Of a DNA stretch of 64,000 nt, positions 10,351-20,247 are shown piece by piece. The stretch covers positions 35,021 through 99,020 of the forward strand of contig JAEUSF010000003.1 of the NCBI GenBank assembly GCA_016788665.1, given 5' to 3'. The position numbers were made by a program, and so were the translations under genes. Source of the stretch: Candidatus Doudnabacteria bacterium (GTDB taxonomy: Bacteria; Patescibacteriota; Doudnabacteria; UBA920). The stretch's first letter is position 1. Every line of letters begins with the position of its first letter. The notes under the pieces are model-generated. The model did no database searches. It worked only from the letters and a program-made list of their open reading frames with translations, and was not told the origin of the DNA.

Positions 10351-10434
10351 CAGCAAAGTCAAATGTTTAACATCGGGTAAAAGCTTTTTAGCCAAATACG
10401 CCGGGTTTATACATATAATTCTTAAAGTTCTACC

Positions 10435-11904
10435 ATGAAACCGAAATTAAAGCATCTTGTTACATTCTTTGGTATTTTGCTGCTCACCTTGGCTGCGGTC
10501 TGGGTTGTACACCCTAAAGGTGCAAAAATAAATTTAAACAAACTAAAAATTCCATATAGCCAAGATTTTCGTCTTAGGCTTGGTTTAGATTTGCAGGGCG
10601 GTTCGCACTTGGTTTATAAAGCAGATTTTAAAGATGTTATAAGGGAAAACCAGGCAGATGCGCTTTCTGCTATTCGAGATATTATAGAAAGGCGTGTTAA
10701 TGGCTTCGGAGTAGCAGAACCAATTGTTCAGGTTTCTGGTAGTGACAGACTTATAGTAGAACTTCCGGGCGTTAAAGACGTAAACGAAGCAATTAGGCAA
10801 ATTGGCCAGACTCCCTATTTGGAATTTAGAGCACAAGACGAAAACACACCCACCGAAGTTCCAGAAAACGGGGTTATAACTGTTGACCCGCTGGACGGAT
10901 GGAAGGTTACAGGGTTGTCAGGTAAGCAGTTAAAGAAAGCCTCTGTTGATTTTCAGGGTTCGACTGGTTTAACAAACCAAGCGGTAGTCAGGCTTGAGTT
11001 TAACGATGAGGGCAGACAACTCTTTAACGATATTACAACTGCAAATTTGGGTAAGCCAGTAGCTATAGTTTTAGACGGTCAAATAATTAGCGCACCAACT
11101 GTGCAAACGGCAATAACTGACGGAGTGGCTATAATTTCCGGGAATTTTGGTGTAGCCGAAGCCAGAGAATTGGCAAGTCGTCTAAACAGCGGAGCTTTGC
11201 CTGTTCCTATTGAGCTAGTCTCACAGCAAAATATCGGAGCTACTTTGGGTAAAGAATCTATTCAAAAGTCAGTTATGGCAGGGTTTATTGGGTTGGTTTT
11301 GATAGCGTTGTTTATGTTGGTTTTCTATAGATTTCCAGGTTTGTTGGCGGTTATAGCTTTGCTTATTTATACCCTGCTTTCTTTGGCGGTGTTTAAGGTA
11401 GGTATATCTTTTACCGCAGTACTGCTTGTTGGGCTTTTCTTCTTCTTAGGGCTGTCTGTTAACTGGAGGTTTGGGATATTGGCTTTGGTCTCTTACATTC
11501 TTTTAATGTTCTTAAAAGCGCTTTCGCCAGTTACGTTGACTTTGGGCGGTATAGCCGGGTTTATTTTGTCGGTTGGTATGGCTGTGGATGCAAACATTTT
11601 AATTTTTGAAAGGCTGAAAGAAGAAATTCGTTCGGGGAAAGACATAGTAAGGGCTATTGACGACGGTTTTGACAGAGCGTGGTTATCTATTCGCGACTCT
11701 AATGTATCTAGCCTTATTACGACTTGTATTTTATACATGTTTGGCACGCCTTCAATAAAAGGCTTCGCCGTGACCCTTTCTATTGGTATTTTACTTTCTA
11801 TGTTTACAGCTATTTCTGTAACCAGGACCTTTTTAAAGCTTTTTGTTGGAGAAAATATTTTAAAGCATCCTTGGTTATTTGGGGTTAGTAGAAATAACCG
11901 TTAA
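10435..11904 (+). CDS. secD: Protein translocase subunit SecD
   Basis: N-terminal TM, large periplasmic domain, C-terminal 6-TM SecD/SecF fold. Followed by secF. Confidence 0.9.
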   Translation: MKPKLKHLVTFFGILLLTLAAVWVVHPKGAKINLNKLKIPYSQDFRLRLGLDLQGGSHLVYKADFKDVIRENQADALSAIRDIIERRVNGFGVAEPIVQVSGSDRLIVELPGVKDVNEAIRQIGQTPYLEFRAQDENTPTEVPENGVITVDPLDGWKVTGLSGKQLKKASVDFQGSTGLTNQAVVRLEFNDEGRQLFNDITTANLGKPVAIVLDGQIISAPTVQTAITDGVAIISGNFGVAEARELASRLNSGALPVPIELVSQQNIGATLGKESIQKSVMAGFIGLVLIALFMLVFYRFPGLLAVIALLIYTLLSLAVFKVGISFTAVLLVGLFFFLGLSVNWRFGILALVSYILLMFLKALSPVTLTLGGIAGFILSVGMAVDANILIFERLKEEIRSGKDIVRAIDDGFDRAWLSIRDSNVSSLITTCILYMFGTPSIKGFAVTLSIGILLSMFTAISVTRTFLKLFVGENILKHPWLFGVSRNNR

Positions 11905-11966
11905 GTCATTAATCCTTTGTCGGAATTTACCACCTAAACAGGCGGCGGAAACCGAGTCTAATCTAT

Positions 11967-12848
11967 ATGTTAAATATCTTAAAGTATTATAAATTGTGGT
12001 TTGTTGTCTCAGGGTTAATTTTGTTGTTTGGTATAGGCTCGCTTTCTATTTATGGTTTGAATTTGGGGATAGACTTCAAAGGCGGTACATTGACGGAAAT
12101 AAAGTTTGAACGACCTTATGACCTAAAGGCTGCAGAGAGTGCCGTAAAGTCTGCGGAACTCGGTAATTTTCAGTTACAGCCCGCCGATAATAACACTTTG
12201 CTTATAAAGACTGTTTCTGCAGAAAAAGAGAAGCATGACTTAATGCTTACTAAAATAAGAGAAATGGCTGGTGATTTTACTGAGCAACAATTCCAGTCCA
12301 TTGGGCCTTTGGTGGGAAAGGAGTTGGCGAAAAATGCATTTTATCAATTATTGCTTGTTTCTTTGGGTATAGTATTCTATATAGCCTATGCTTTCAGAAA
12401 AGTACCAAAACCATTTACCTCTTGGAAATTTGGCTTGGCTGCAATAATTGCACTTTTACACGACTTGGTTTTTGTTTTGGGTGTATTTTCCTTACTTGGT
12501 CATTTTAAAGGCGTGGAAGTGGATAGTATGTTTGTGACAGCACTGCTCACTGTTTTGGGTTTTTCGGTTCACGACACCATAGTCGTATTTGATCGTATTC
12601 GTGAAAATTTAAAGTTTTATGCCAGCCAAAGCATAGAATTTGTGGTTAATCACAGTATTGCGCAAACTATAGTTCGTTCTCTAAATACTTCCTTAACCGT
12701 TTTGTTTGTACTATTGGCCCTGCTCTTGTTCGGTGGGGAAACTATTCGTTACTTTGTGTTAGCCCTATTTGTCGGTATAATTGTGGGTACATATTCTTCT
12801 ATATTTATTGCTAGTCCGGCTTTGATGATTATGCAGAAGAAGAAGTAG
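11967..12848 (+). CDS. secF: Protein translocase subunit SecF
   Basis: DFKGGT motif, 6 TM, paired with secD. Confidence 0.9.
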   Translation: MLNILKYYKLWFVVSGLILLFGIGSLSIYGLNLGIDFKGGTLTEIKFERPYDLKAAESAVKSAELGNFQLQPADNNTLLIKTVSAEKEKHDLMLTKIREMAGDFTEQQFQSIGPLVGKELAKNAFYQLLLVSLGIVFYIAYAFRKVPKPFTSWKFGLAAIIALLHDLVFVLGVFSLLGHFKGVEVDSMFVTALLTVLGFSVHDTIVVFDRIRENLKFYASQSIEFVVNHSIAQTIVRSLNTSLTVLFVLLALLLFGGETIRYFVLALFVGIIVGTYSSIFIASPALMIMQKKK

Positions 12849-12917
12849 GACGTACTACGGATTTACCCTTTATCCTACAAAAGGTCTGGGAGGGGATGTT
12901 GCCAAAATAAATTTTCT

Positions 12918-12957
12918 AAAAATATCTTTGCAAATATGCAAAGATATTTTTTTATTG
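12918..12957. terminator. Rho-independent terminator after secF: perfect 15-bp stem (AAAAATATCTTTGCA / TGCAAAGATATTTTT), 4-nt loop, A-run before and T-run after (bidirectional-capable)
   Basis: The arms are exact reverse complements. Confidence 0.65.
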
Positions 12958-13059
12958 AATTATTAGGGAATTTACGACTTAATACGCATAAAAACAAAAG
13001 AAATTCAATATTTCCTTATAAATATGCGAGATTTTAGAAATTTAGGTAATAATTAACAT

Positions 13060-13088
13060 TTGACATAAAAAATAGTTTGTGCTATAGT
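13060..13088 (+). promoter_or_regulatory. Near-consensus sigma-70 promoter TTGACA-17-TATAGT, about 100 nt upstream of the 13186 gene
   Basis: TTGACA at 13060-13065, 17-nt spacer, TATAGT at 13083-13088, inside a 335-bp AT-rich intergenic region. Confidence 0.55.
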
Positions 13089-13185
13089 GTTGATATAAAT
13101 TTTTACACTATTATAAGCTAATTTTCTCTACGCGAATCTGCTTAGGCAGGATCTGCTGGGGAATGAATTACTTTTTCTGAATTTC

Positions 13186-14271
13186 ATGGGAATTTTAGAT
13201 ACAATTATAACTACTAGACATAACGTTAACTTTCAGGAGTTTAAACCCGAAGAAACCTTGCGGGAAATTTTGTCTTTGGTCGAAAAAGAGCGTGATAAAA
13301 AAATTCTGCGTCATCGTTATGGACTCCAAGATAGCGAAGAAAAAACTTTGGCTGCTATAGGCGAGGAGCATAATTTAACTCGTGAAAGAGTTAGGCAGAT
13401 AGAAAAAGATATAATCAAGCATTTAAAAAAGAACTCTGGACGGAGCGATGCCTTTTTAAAGGCCAAAGATTTTCTTTTAAACATAGTTGCAGAACATGGC
13501 AGGGTAATTGCAGAAGAAAATTTGCTTTTAAGGCTTAATCTGCAAAATAGTTCTGAACGAAACGCAGTTATATTCCTGCTTCACTTAATTGAAGAATTGG
13601 ACCATTTTATACACGACAACTATAAAAAAGCCTGGGTTTATGTGCTTTTTAACAATGATTTGTTGCATAAGAGCATGGAAGTCAGTAAGAATATTTTAGA
13701 CCAAAAAGGTAAACCGCTTGCTTCTGAAGAATTTTTACAGCATTTTAAGGAAACTGAGTTTTATAAGGAAAATCAAGCCGAGCTTACGGACAAAGTAATT
13801 TTGAACTTTTTAAGCTTGGCTATTGAAATTGAAAAAAATGTGTTTGAAGAATGGGGACTTTTGAATTGGAAAGAGATTAAGCCCCGTGACGTGGGTGACA
13901 AGGCTTACTTGGTTATGAAAAATGGTAAAAAGCCTTTGCACTATGCAGAAATTACTGAACTTATAAACAAGGCCGGTTTTGACAATAGAAAAGCTTATAA
14001 GGAAACAGTACATAACGAGCTTATAAAAGACGCACGCTTTGTTTTGGTTGGACGAGGAATTTATGCTTTGTCTGAATGGGGGTACAAACCCGGTGTAGTG
14101 GCCGATGTTATAAAAGAAGTTTTACTGGATTTTAAGGAGCCTATTAGTCGTGAAAAAATTATTGAAGAAGTTTTAAAACGCAGGATGGTAAAAAAGAATA
14201 CTATTTTGGTCGGTCTTTCAAACCGCAAGTTTTTTACAAAAGTCGGAAAAAACCTGTATTCTTTAGCATAG
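13186..14271 (+). CDS. Putative transcription-associated protein: N-terminal sigma-70 region-4-like HTH plus C-terminal HARE-HTH winged helix
   Basis: AAIGEEHNLTRERVRQIEKDIIKHLKK resembles sigma-70 region 4.2. The C-terminal ...HNELIKDARFVLVGRGIYALSEWGY matches the HARE-HTH ending of RNAP delta subunit N-domains (RF..l..g.WgL..W). Confidence 0.5.
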   Translation: MGILDTIITTRHNVNFQEFKPEETLREILSLVEKERDKKILRHRYGLQDSEEKTLAAIGEEHNLTRERVRQIEKDIIKHLKKNSGRSDAFLKAKDFLLNIVAEHGRVIAEENLLLRLNLQNSSERNAVIFLLHLIEELDHFIHDNYKKAWVYVLFNNDLLHKSMEVSKNILDQKGKPLASEEFLQHFKETEFYKENQAELTDKVILNFLSLAIEIEKNVFEEWGLLNWKEIKPRDVGDKAYLVMKNGKKPLHYAEITELINKAGFDNRKAYKETVHNELIKDARFVLVGRGIYALSEWGYKPGVVADVIKEVLLDFKEPISREKIIEEVLKRRMVKKNTILVGLSNRKFFTKVGKNLYSLA

Positions 14272-14314
14272 GTTACTGAGGCACAAAAGTTGGCCAAAAT
14301 ACGAAATTCAACCT

Positions 14315-15730
14315 TTGAGTATTTTGGTATCCGTCGATAGGCGGGTTAAGTACCTCAGTTGCCTTACAGAAACAAAAATGGACATATTAAAGGAGACTTT
14401 GCCAAATTTTGTTGAAATTTTTAAGATTGCCGGGCTAATAATTTTTAAATATTATGGCTGGGTGCTTTTTGTTTGGGTAATTATTTATATAATGTGGAAA
14501 AAGTATTTCGGCGAAATTCAGCACCAGTTTATACATAATCAAGAATGGGAATTTTTACAGCTTAGGGTTCCTAAGGAAAACAAAGCCAGCACTTTGGCGG
14601 TGGAGTCTATTTTTGCTCAAATGCATTCGCTTCACACCGGTCCGACTTTTGCCCAAAAATATATAGAAGGCAAGGGACAGCTTTGGTATAGCTTAGAGCT
14701 CGTGTCGCTGGGCGGCAAAATTGCATACATTATTCGCATACCAAAAAAAATGAGGCAGGTTGTAGAGGCATCTTTTTATGCACAGTATCCAGAAATTGAA
14801 ATTTTGGAAGTTAATGACTACATGGAAAATTTTAATTATGACCCGGAAAAAGATGAACATTTGGAAATTTGGGGAACAGAAGTATTAATGTCCGACGACT
14901 GGGCATTGCCAATTAGAACTTATCGCGATTTTGAACATCCTACTGCGGAGGATAAGATAATAGACCCGCTCTCTCCAACTTTTGAGGTTTTGTCTCTCAT
15001 TAAGCCCCATGAATTTTTGGGTATTCAGATTATAATTTCTCCAATAGGGGATTCTGACTGGATGCCTCATTCTGAGAGTAAGGTTAAGGAATTAATTGGC
15101 GAAGAGGCAGCGCATGAGCCAACTTTTACAGGTACTTTACTTAAGCCCGTGGAAGCTTTTTCTAGCATGAGCTACAGGTCTTTGGTTTTGGGTGGTGGGC
15201 ATGGGCGCGGTGGGCATGGAGAAGAAGAAGGTGCTCAGAAAAATAATTGGATGCAAATGACGGAAACTCAAAAAGAAAGGGTGACTTTAATTGAAAAGAA
15301 AGCAAGTAAGCCGGCTTATAAAACCAAGATTCGCTGGCTCTATATCTCGCCAAAGGAAAGTTTTGACAAGTCTAAACAGTCACTCTTGCCCGGGGCTTAT
15401 AGGCATTTTAGCAATATGCAGTCGAACAAGTTAAAACCAGATACCAAAAAAACCTGGACTAGCGCTGAATACATGTTTTCTGAAACTTTAGAAAAGCCTT
15501 ATTTGCAGAAAGTTGTTAACACCAAAAAGCGAAATATTTTTAAAGGTTATAAAAACCGCGATATTCATATAGGTAGACCTATGTTTGTAATGAACATAGA
15601 AGAAATTGCTACTTTATACCACTTTCCTATAACCACAGAAACTTCTCCAATACCGGCGGCTATAGACCGAGTTGAAAGCAAAAAGTCCCAAGCCCCTTCC
15701 AATTTACCCATAGCAGACATAGAAGAGTAG
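14315..15730 (+). CDS. Hypothetical single-pass membrane protein with a Gly/His-rich segment (GGGHGRGGHGEEEG); alternative start at ATG 14378
   Basis: One N-terminal TM helix (IAGLIIFKYYGWVLFVWVIIYIMW) and a large soluble domain. Tightly followed by the VirD4-like ATPase gene. Confidence 0.5.
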   Translation: MSILVSVDRRVKYLSCLTETKMDILKETLPNFVEIFKIAGLIIFKYYGWVLFVWVIIYIMWKKYFGEIQHQFIHNQEWEFLQLRVPKENKASTLAVESIFAQMHSLHTGPTFAQKYIEGKGQLWYSLELVSLGGKIAYIIRIPKKMRQVVEASFYAQYPEIEILEVNDYMENFNYDPEKDEHLEIWGTEVLMSDDWALPIRTYRDFEHPTAEDKIIDPLSPTFEVLSLIKPHEFLGIQIIISPIGDSDWMPHSESKVKELIGEEAAHEPTFTGTLLKPVEAFSSMSYRSLVLGGGHGRGGHGEEEGAQKNNWMQMTETQKERVTLIEKKASKPAYKTKIRWLYISPKESFDKSKQSLLPGAYRHFSNMQSNKLKPDTKKTWTSAEYMFSETLEKPYLQKVVNTKKRNIFKGYKNRDIHIGRPMFVMNIEEIATLYHFPITTETSPIPAAIDRVESKKSQAPSNLPIADIEE

Positions 15731-15751
15731 TTTATAAATAAAAAAATATAA

Positions 15752-17647
15752 ATGGATAATCAACCCAAAATTACCACATTTGCGAAAACAAACTTCCGGG
15801 GCAAGGAAGTGGCTTTTGGTATTAAGACCGACGACCGTAGACGGCATATGTACCTAATAGGTAAGACAGGTATGGGCAAAACCAGTTTAATGGAAAATAT
15901 GGTTATTCAGGATATTAGAAATGGCCACGGTGTTGCGTTTTTAGACCCACACGGCGACTCCGTTCAGCGCATACTAAACTGTATACCGCCCCACAGGGTT
16001 AACGATGTCGTGTATTTTAACCCAGCAGATTTGGAATTTCCTGTCGCATTCAATATTTTAGAAGCAGTAGATGCTAAGTATAAGCACTTGGTAGCCTCCG
16101 GACTTATGGGCGTGTTTACCAAAATTTGGGCAAATCTTTGGTCCGCCAGAATGGAATACATTTTAAACAACACCGTTTTAGCGTTGCTCGATAGCCCAGG
16201 TAATACATTGCTTGGTATAACCCGCATGTATGTAGACAAAAAATATCGAAAGAAAATAGTAGATAATATAAAAGACCCTGTTGTAAAAAGTTTTTGGGTC
16301 GATGAGTTTGCTAACTATAACGAAAAGTATAGAACCGAAGCCATTGCTCCTATTCAAAATAAGGTAGGGCAGTTTTTGTCGTCTGGGATTATACGCAACA
16401 TAGTTGGTCAGCCCAAAAGTACCATAGATTTGCGCGAGGTTATGGACAACCGGAAAATTTTAATTATGGACTTGTCTAAAGGCAAGGTGGGTGAGGATAA
16501 CTCGGCTTTGCTGGGGGCTATGATTGTTACCAAACTTCAGCTTGCTGCTATGTCCAGAACAGACATACCCGAGTCGGAACGTAAAGATTTTTATTTATAT
16601 GTAGACGAATTTCAAAATTTTGCAACAGACAGTTTTGCGACTATTCTTTCGGAAGCAAGAAAATATCGTTTAAACCTTATAGTCGGACACCAATATATTG
16701 CTCAATTGGAAAATGACAAAAATACTAAAGTTCGTGACGCAATATTTGGTAACGTGGGAACAATTGCAGTATTTAGAATTGGCGCAGCAGACGCCGAGTT
16801 TTTGGAAACTGAATTTGAGCCGATTTTTACACCAAACGATTTGGTGAATTTGCCAAAATACAATATTGTTTTAAAACTCATGATAAATGGCGTGGCCAGT
16901 GAGCCCTTCTCTGCAGTGACCCTTGCTCCCAACGACGCTTACCTAACCAATAATTCTGAGAAAGTTATACGAGTTTCCAGAGAAAGATATGCAAATCCGG
17001 TAGATGCGGTCGAGGAAAAAATAAGCCGCTGGATGGGAGCGGAATTTCATCAGGAATCTGCTGAAATGGTGGAGAGCGAGGAACAAGAAATAAAAGTTCC
17101 TACTCCTCAGGAAGAAATTGCTCCTTTGAATAATTCCGTTGTGCAAGTGACGCCTTTAACTATGTCTATGCCGGTAGAAGAGGAGCCGGCGCCTGCTGTG
17201 GTAGAAGAAAAGCAGGTTCTAAAGTTTGCCGAGCCGCCTCGAGAAGAACAAAGTTCAAAGTTTGTTAACTTTGAAGAACGAAAACCCAAAGAAGACAGAC
17301 CAAAGGGGTATAAACCTTCTTTAACTTTTAGACAGGATCCAGAATTTAAGCCTAAGCCTCAAAAATTTAACAGAGAAAAGATTTTTAAACATAGGGTAAA
17401 AGAGAAACCACAGAAAAAAGAAAATCCTATTTGGGATGCAGTTATTAAGGAGCAAAATCAAAAAAACCAAAATGCGCATAAGCGCTTGGAACAAAGTGTG
17501 AAAAGTTTGTTATCAGACGAAAAAGAGTTAGGACAACAATCTTCGCCTTCTTCCACGTCAACTCCTTCTGGTTTAGATGGTTCTGAAAAAAAACCTGACA
17601 CCTCGGTAAGGACCATTTTAAAGCCCAACAAGCCTGTTAGTTTTTAG
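15752..17647 (+). CDS. Type IV secretion coupling-protein-like ATPase (VirD4/TraD/TrwB family) with a roughly 200-aa disordered Glu/Lys/Pro-rich C-terminal tail
   Basis: Walker A IGKTGMGKTS and hydrophobic-D ILIMDLSKG. YLYVDEFQNF...ARKYRLNLIVGHQYIAQL resembles the TraD/TraG C-terminal (TraM-recognition) domain. Confidence 0.6.
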   Translation: MDNQPKITTFAKTNFRGKEVAFGIKTDDRRRHMYLIGKTGMGKTSLMENMVIQDIRNGHGVAFLDPHGDSVQRILNCIPPHRVNDVVYFNPADLEFPVAFNILEAVDAKYKHLVASGLMGVFTKIWANLWSARMEYILNNTVLALLDSPGNTLLGITRMYVDKKYRKKIVDNIKDPVVKSFWVDEFANYNEKYRTEAIAPIQNKVGQFLSSGIIRNIVGQPKSTIDLREVMDNRKILIMDLSKGKVGEDNSALLGAMIVTKLQLAAMSRTDIPESERKDFYLYVDEFQNFATDSFATILSEARKYRLNLIVGHQYIAQLENDKNTKVRDAIFGNVGTIAVFRIGAADAEFLETEFEPIFTPNDLVNLPKYNIVLKLMINGVASEPFSAVTLAPNDAYLTNNSEKVIRVSRERYANPVDAVEEKISRWMGAEFHQESAEMVESEEQEIKVPTPQEEIAPLNNSVVQVTPLTMSMPVEEEPAPAVVEEKQVLKFAEPPREEQSSKFVNFEERKPKEDRPKGYKPSLTFRQDPEFKPKPQKFNREKIFKHRVKEKPQKKENPIWDAVIKEQNQKNQNAHKRLEQSVKSLLSDEKELGQQSSPSSTSTPSGLDGSEKKPDTSVRTILKPNKPVSF

Positions 17648-17659
17648 TCCATAATTAAA

Positions 17660-17699
17660 CAGGGACACACTCTTATAAAAGAGCGTGTCCCTGTTTTTT
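17660..17699. terminator. Bidirectional rho-independent terminator between the convergent 15752 gene and trxA (CAGGGACACACTC / GAGCGTGTCCCTG, then TTTTTT)
   Basis: 13-bp stem with one mismatch, 8-nt loop, T-run after and A-rich before. Confidence 0.65.
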
Positions 17700-17711
17700 G
17701 TTATAAAAACT

Positions 17712-18032
17712 TTACAAGACAGTTTTTATAACTTCCACAATATTGCTTTTTGGCTGGGCTCCAACCATTTCGGCAACTACTTTACCATTCTTGAAAAACT
17801 TAAGGCTAGGTATACTCATTACTCCGTAACGCATTGCTAAGCTATTGTTTTCATCTACGTTTACGCTTGCAACTTTTAGTTTGCCTTGGTATTCGTTGGC
17901 TAGTTCTTCAACAATTGGAGAAAGTGCTTTGCAAGGACCGCACCATTCTGCCCAAAAATCTACTAACACCGGCATTTCTGCTTGTAATGCTTCTTTTTCA
18001 AAATTTTGTTCGTCTAATTTAACTCCGCTCAT
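17712..18032 (-). CDS. trxA: Thioredoxin
   Basis: WCGPC active site, 106 aa. Confidence 0.9.
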   Translation of the reverse strand: MSGVKLDEQNFEKEALQAEMPVLVDFWAEWCGPCKALSPIVEELANEYQGKLKVASVNVDENNSLAMRYGVMSIPSLKFFKNGKVVAEMVGAQPKSNIVEVIKTVL

Positions 18033-18152
18033 ATAAATTCCTTATCGGTTTTGTTAAAAACCTTATGTTTTTAACAAAAATAATGTTTATATTGCCAATT
18101 AATATTATCCACAATGGGAGAGTTTGTCAATTGATATAATAATAGAAGGAAT

Positions 18153-19124
18153 ATGAACGAAATGAAACAAAAAGAAAAAGGTCTGTTTTTGTTATGCTCC
18201 AGTATAGTTTTTTTGGCAGCTATTTTTTTATTGGTAAAATTTATTCATAACGCAGAATTTGGTAACGTAAAGGAGGTGGAATTACCCGGCCAGGTGCTTG
18301 GTGCGACGGTTGATGCACGTGGTGAGATGCCCTTCGTGGAAGAAGTTGTAAAAGAGCTGCCGGTTCTAAACGAAAAGTTTTTAGTGGATGTTGAGGCAAA
18401 AAGTTATATGGTTTTTAATTTAGATACCGGACAAGTGTTAGCTGAAAAAAACTCGGAAACAAAACTTCCAATTGCTAGTCTGACTAAGCTAATGACAGGC
18501 TATGTTTCTTATATAAATTTGGATTTTACAAAAAATTATACTATTTACCCAAAGCGGTTTTGGCAGGTTTCTCCGTTTTTAAACATAAAGACGGGCGATT
18601 CGATTAAGGCCGGCGACTTGTTTGAGTCTATGCTCATAGGCTCCGCTAATGACGCCGCATTTGCATTGTCCGAGGCATTTGAAACCGTAACTGGGTTGGA
18701 TTTTGTAAGGGAAATGAACACCCAGGCGTCTTTGCTGGGTATGAAAAATACGTCGTTTAGCAATCCGGCTGGATTCGACAGTCAAAATAATTTTTCAACC
18801 GCCAAAGACTTAAAAGTTTTGGTCGGTAAAGTATTTAACATCCCAGTATTCAATAACTTGGCTAGAAAAACTGTTTATTCATTTAAAAGCGAAACAGGTA
18901 ATTTGTATAGGGTAAAGGCTACCAATAAACTTATTGGTAAGTATTCAGATATTTTTGCTATAAAAACAGGCTTTACCAAAAGCTCTTTGGGGTCAATGGC
19001 CACAGTTCTGGAGGCAAATGGTAAACAAATAGTTATAATAGTTCTCGACAGCCAGACGCGGGAAGCGGATACTTTAAATATAAGAAAAGCCATTTTGGAA
19101 GCATTGGGTGCATCTGGTCAATAG
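18153..19124 (+). CDS. dacA: D-alanyl-D-alanine carboxypeptidase (S11 peptidase, PBP5/6-like)
   Basis: N-terminal signal anchor. SXXK (ASLTKLMT), SXN (SANDAA) and KTG (KTGFT) motifs. Confidence 0.8.
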   Translation: MNEMKQKEKGLFLLCSSIVFLAAIFLLVKFIHNAEFGNVKEVELPGQVLGATVDARGEMPFVEEVVKELPVLNEKFLVDVEAKSYMVFNLDTGQVLAEKNSETKLPIASLTKLMTGYVSYINLDFTKNYTIYPKRFWQVSPFLNIKTGDSIKAGDLFESMLIGSANDAAFALSEAFETVTGLDFVREMNTQASLLGMKNTSFSNPAGFDSQNNFSTAKDLKVLVGKVFNIPVFNNLARKTVYSFKSETGNLYRVKATNKLIGKYSDIFAIKTGFTKSSLGSMATVLEANGKQIVIIVLDSQTREADTLNIRKAILEALGASGQ

Positions 19125-19170
19125 TTGTTAGTTTATGGTAAAATAAAAGCATAGATTTTATAGCTATTAC

Positions 19171-20208
19171 ATGGACTTTTTGCCTTTAACTAAAATACTT
19201 TCGCTTACCAGCATTAGTTTTGCATTTGCTTTGGCGCTAACTCCGCTCCTAAGCAATTTTTTATATAAAAATGGCTTAGGTAAAAATATTCGAAACGATG
19301 GATCTACCCCTATTTTTACTAAAATGCATGCTGCTAAGGCTGGAACTCCGACTATGGGAGGCGTTCTAATTTGGGGAACGGTCACTGCACTTATAACTGT
19401 GTTTTGGTTTTTGGACAGAATTTTAAAAATTGACTTTTTTCATAACTTAAACTTTTTAACCAGAAAAGAAACCTTGTTACCACTGGGGGCTTTTTTGGGC
19501 GCTTCTTTAGTCGGGCTTCTGGACGACTGGCTTGATGTTAGAAAAAAGGGTTTTAAAGGACAAGGCTTGCGTTTCCGTTCTAAAATTTGGCTGTATGCCG
19601 GAGTGGCGGTAATTGGGGCTTGGTGGTTTTATTTTAAACTTGGTTTTAGTTCTGTGAATTTTCCATTTTTAGGCAGCCACGATTTGGGTTTTTGGTTTAT
19701 ACCTTTTTTTATGCTCGCTGTTGTGGCAACAAGTTTTGCTGTGGACTTAACTGACGGTTTGGACGGTTTAGCAGGTGGAACTTTGCTTATTGCTTTCTTT
19801 GCTTATGGTCTTATTGCTTACACACAAGGAAAGACTGACCTTGCTTCGTTAATTGGGGTAGTGTGTGGAAGTCTCCTTGCTTTTTTGTGGTTTAATGTTT
19901 ACCCGGCTAGGTTTTTTATGGGAGACACGGGCGCAATGGGTATGGGCGTGCTCTTGGCCATAGTGGCATTTTTAACTGACTCCGTTTTTTTGCTCGGGTT
20001 GGTAGGGTTTGTATTTTTAATTGAAGCCGTTTCTACTATTTTACAAATCTTGTCCAAAAAATATTTTAAACGCAAAATTTTCCTTTCGTCGCCGTTACAT
20101 CACCATTTTGAAGCTCTAGGCTGGCCCGAGACAAAAGTGACTATGCGTTTTTGGATACTAGCCGCGGTGTCGGCAATTTTGGGGGTTATTGTTTACTTTA
20201 TTGGTTAG
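19171..20208 (+). CDS. mraY: Phospho-N-acetylmuramoyl-pentapeptide transferase (MraY)
   Basis: Polytopic membrane protein. DLTDGLDGLAGG and MGDTGAMGMG motifs. Confidence 0.9.
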   Translation: MDFLPLTKILSLTSISFAFALALTPLLSNFLYKNGLGKNIRNDGSTPIFTKMHAAKAGTPTMGGVLIWGTVTALITVFWFLDRILKIDFFHNLNFLTRKETLLPLGAFLGASLVGLLDDWLDVRKKGFKGQGLRFRSKIWLYAGVAVIGAWWFYFKLGFSSVNFPFLGSHDLGFWFIPFFMLAVVATSFAVDLTDGLDGLAGGTLLIAFFAYGLIAYTQGKTDLASLIGVVCGSLLAFLWFNVYPARFFMGDTGAMGMGVLLAIVAFLTDSVFLLGLVGFVFLIEAVSTILQILSKKYFKRKIFLSSPLHHHFEALGWPETKVTMRFWILAAVSAILGVIVYFIG

Positions 20209-20247
20209 TAGGCAGTTGTTAGCAAATATCAAACTAAAATAAATACC

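Noticed and set aside
13089-13185. Possible riboswitch or leader in the 5' UTR of the 13186 gene (ATCTGCT direct repeat, CTGC/GCAG hairpin)
   Set aside because: Too short and simple to match any riboswitch class I can recall. It is probably ordinary UTR structure.
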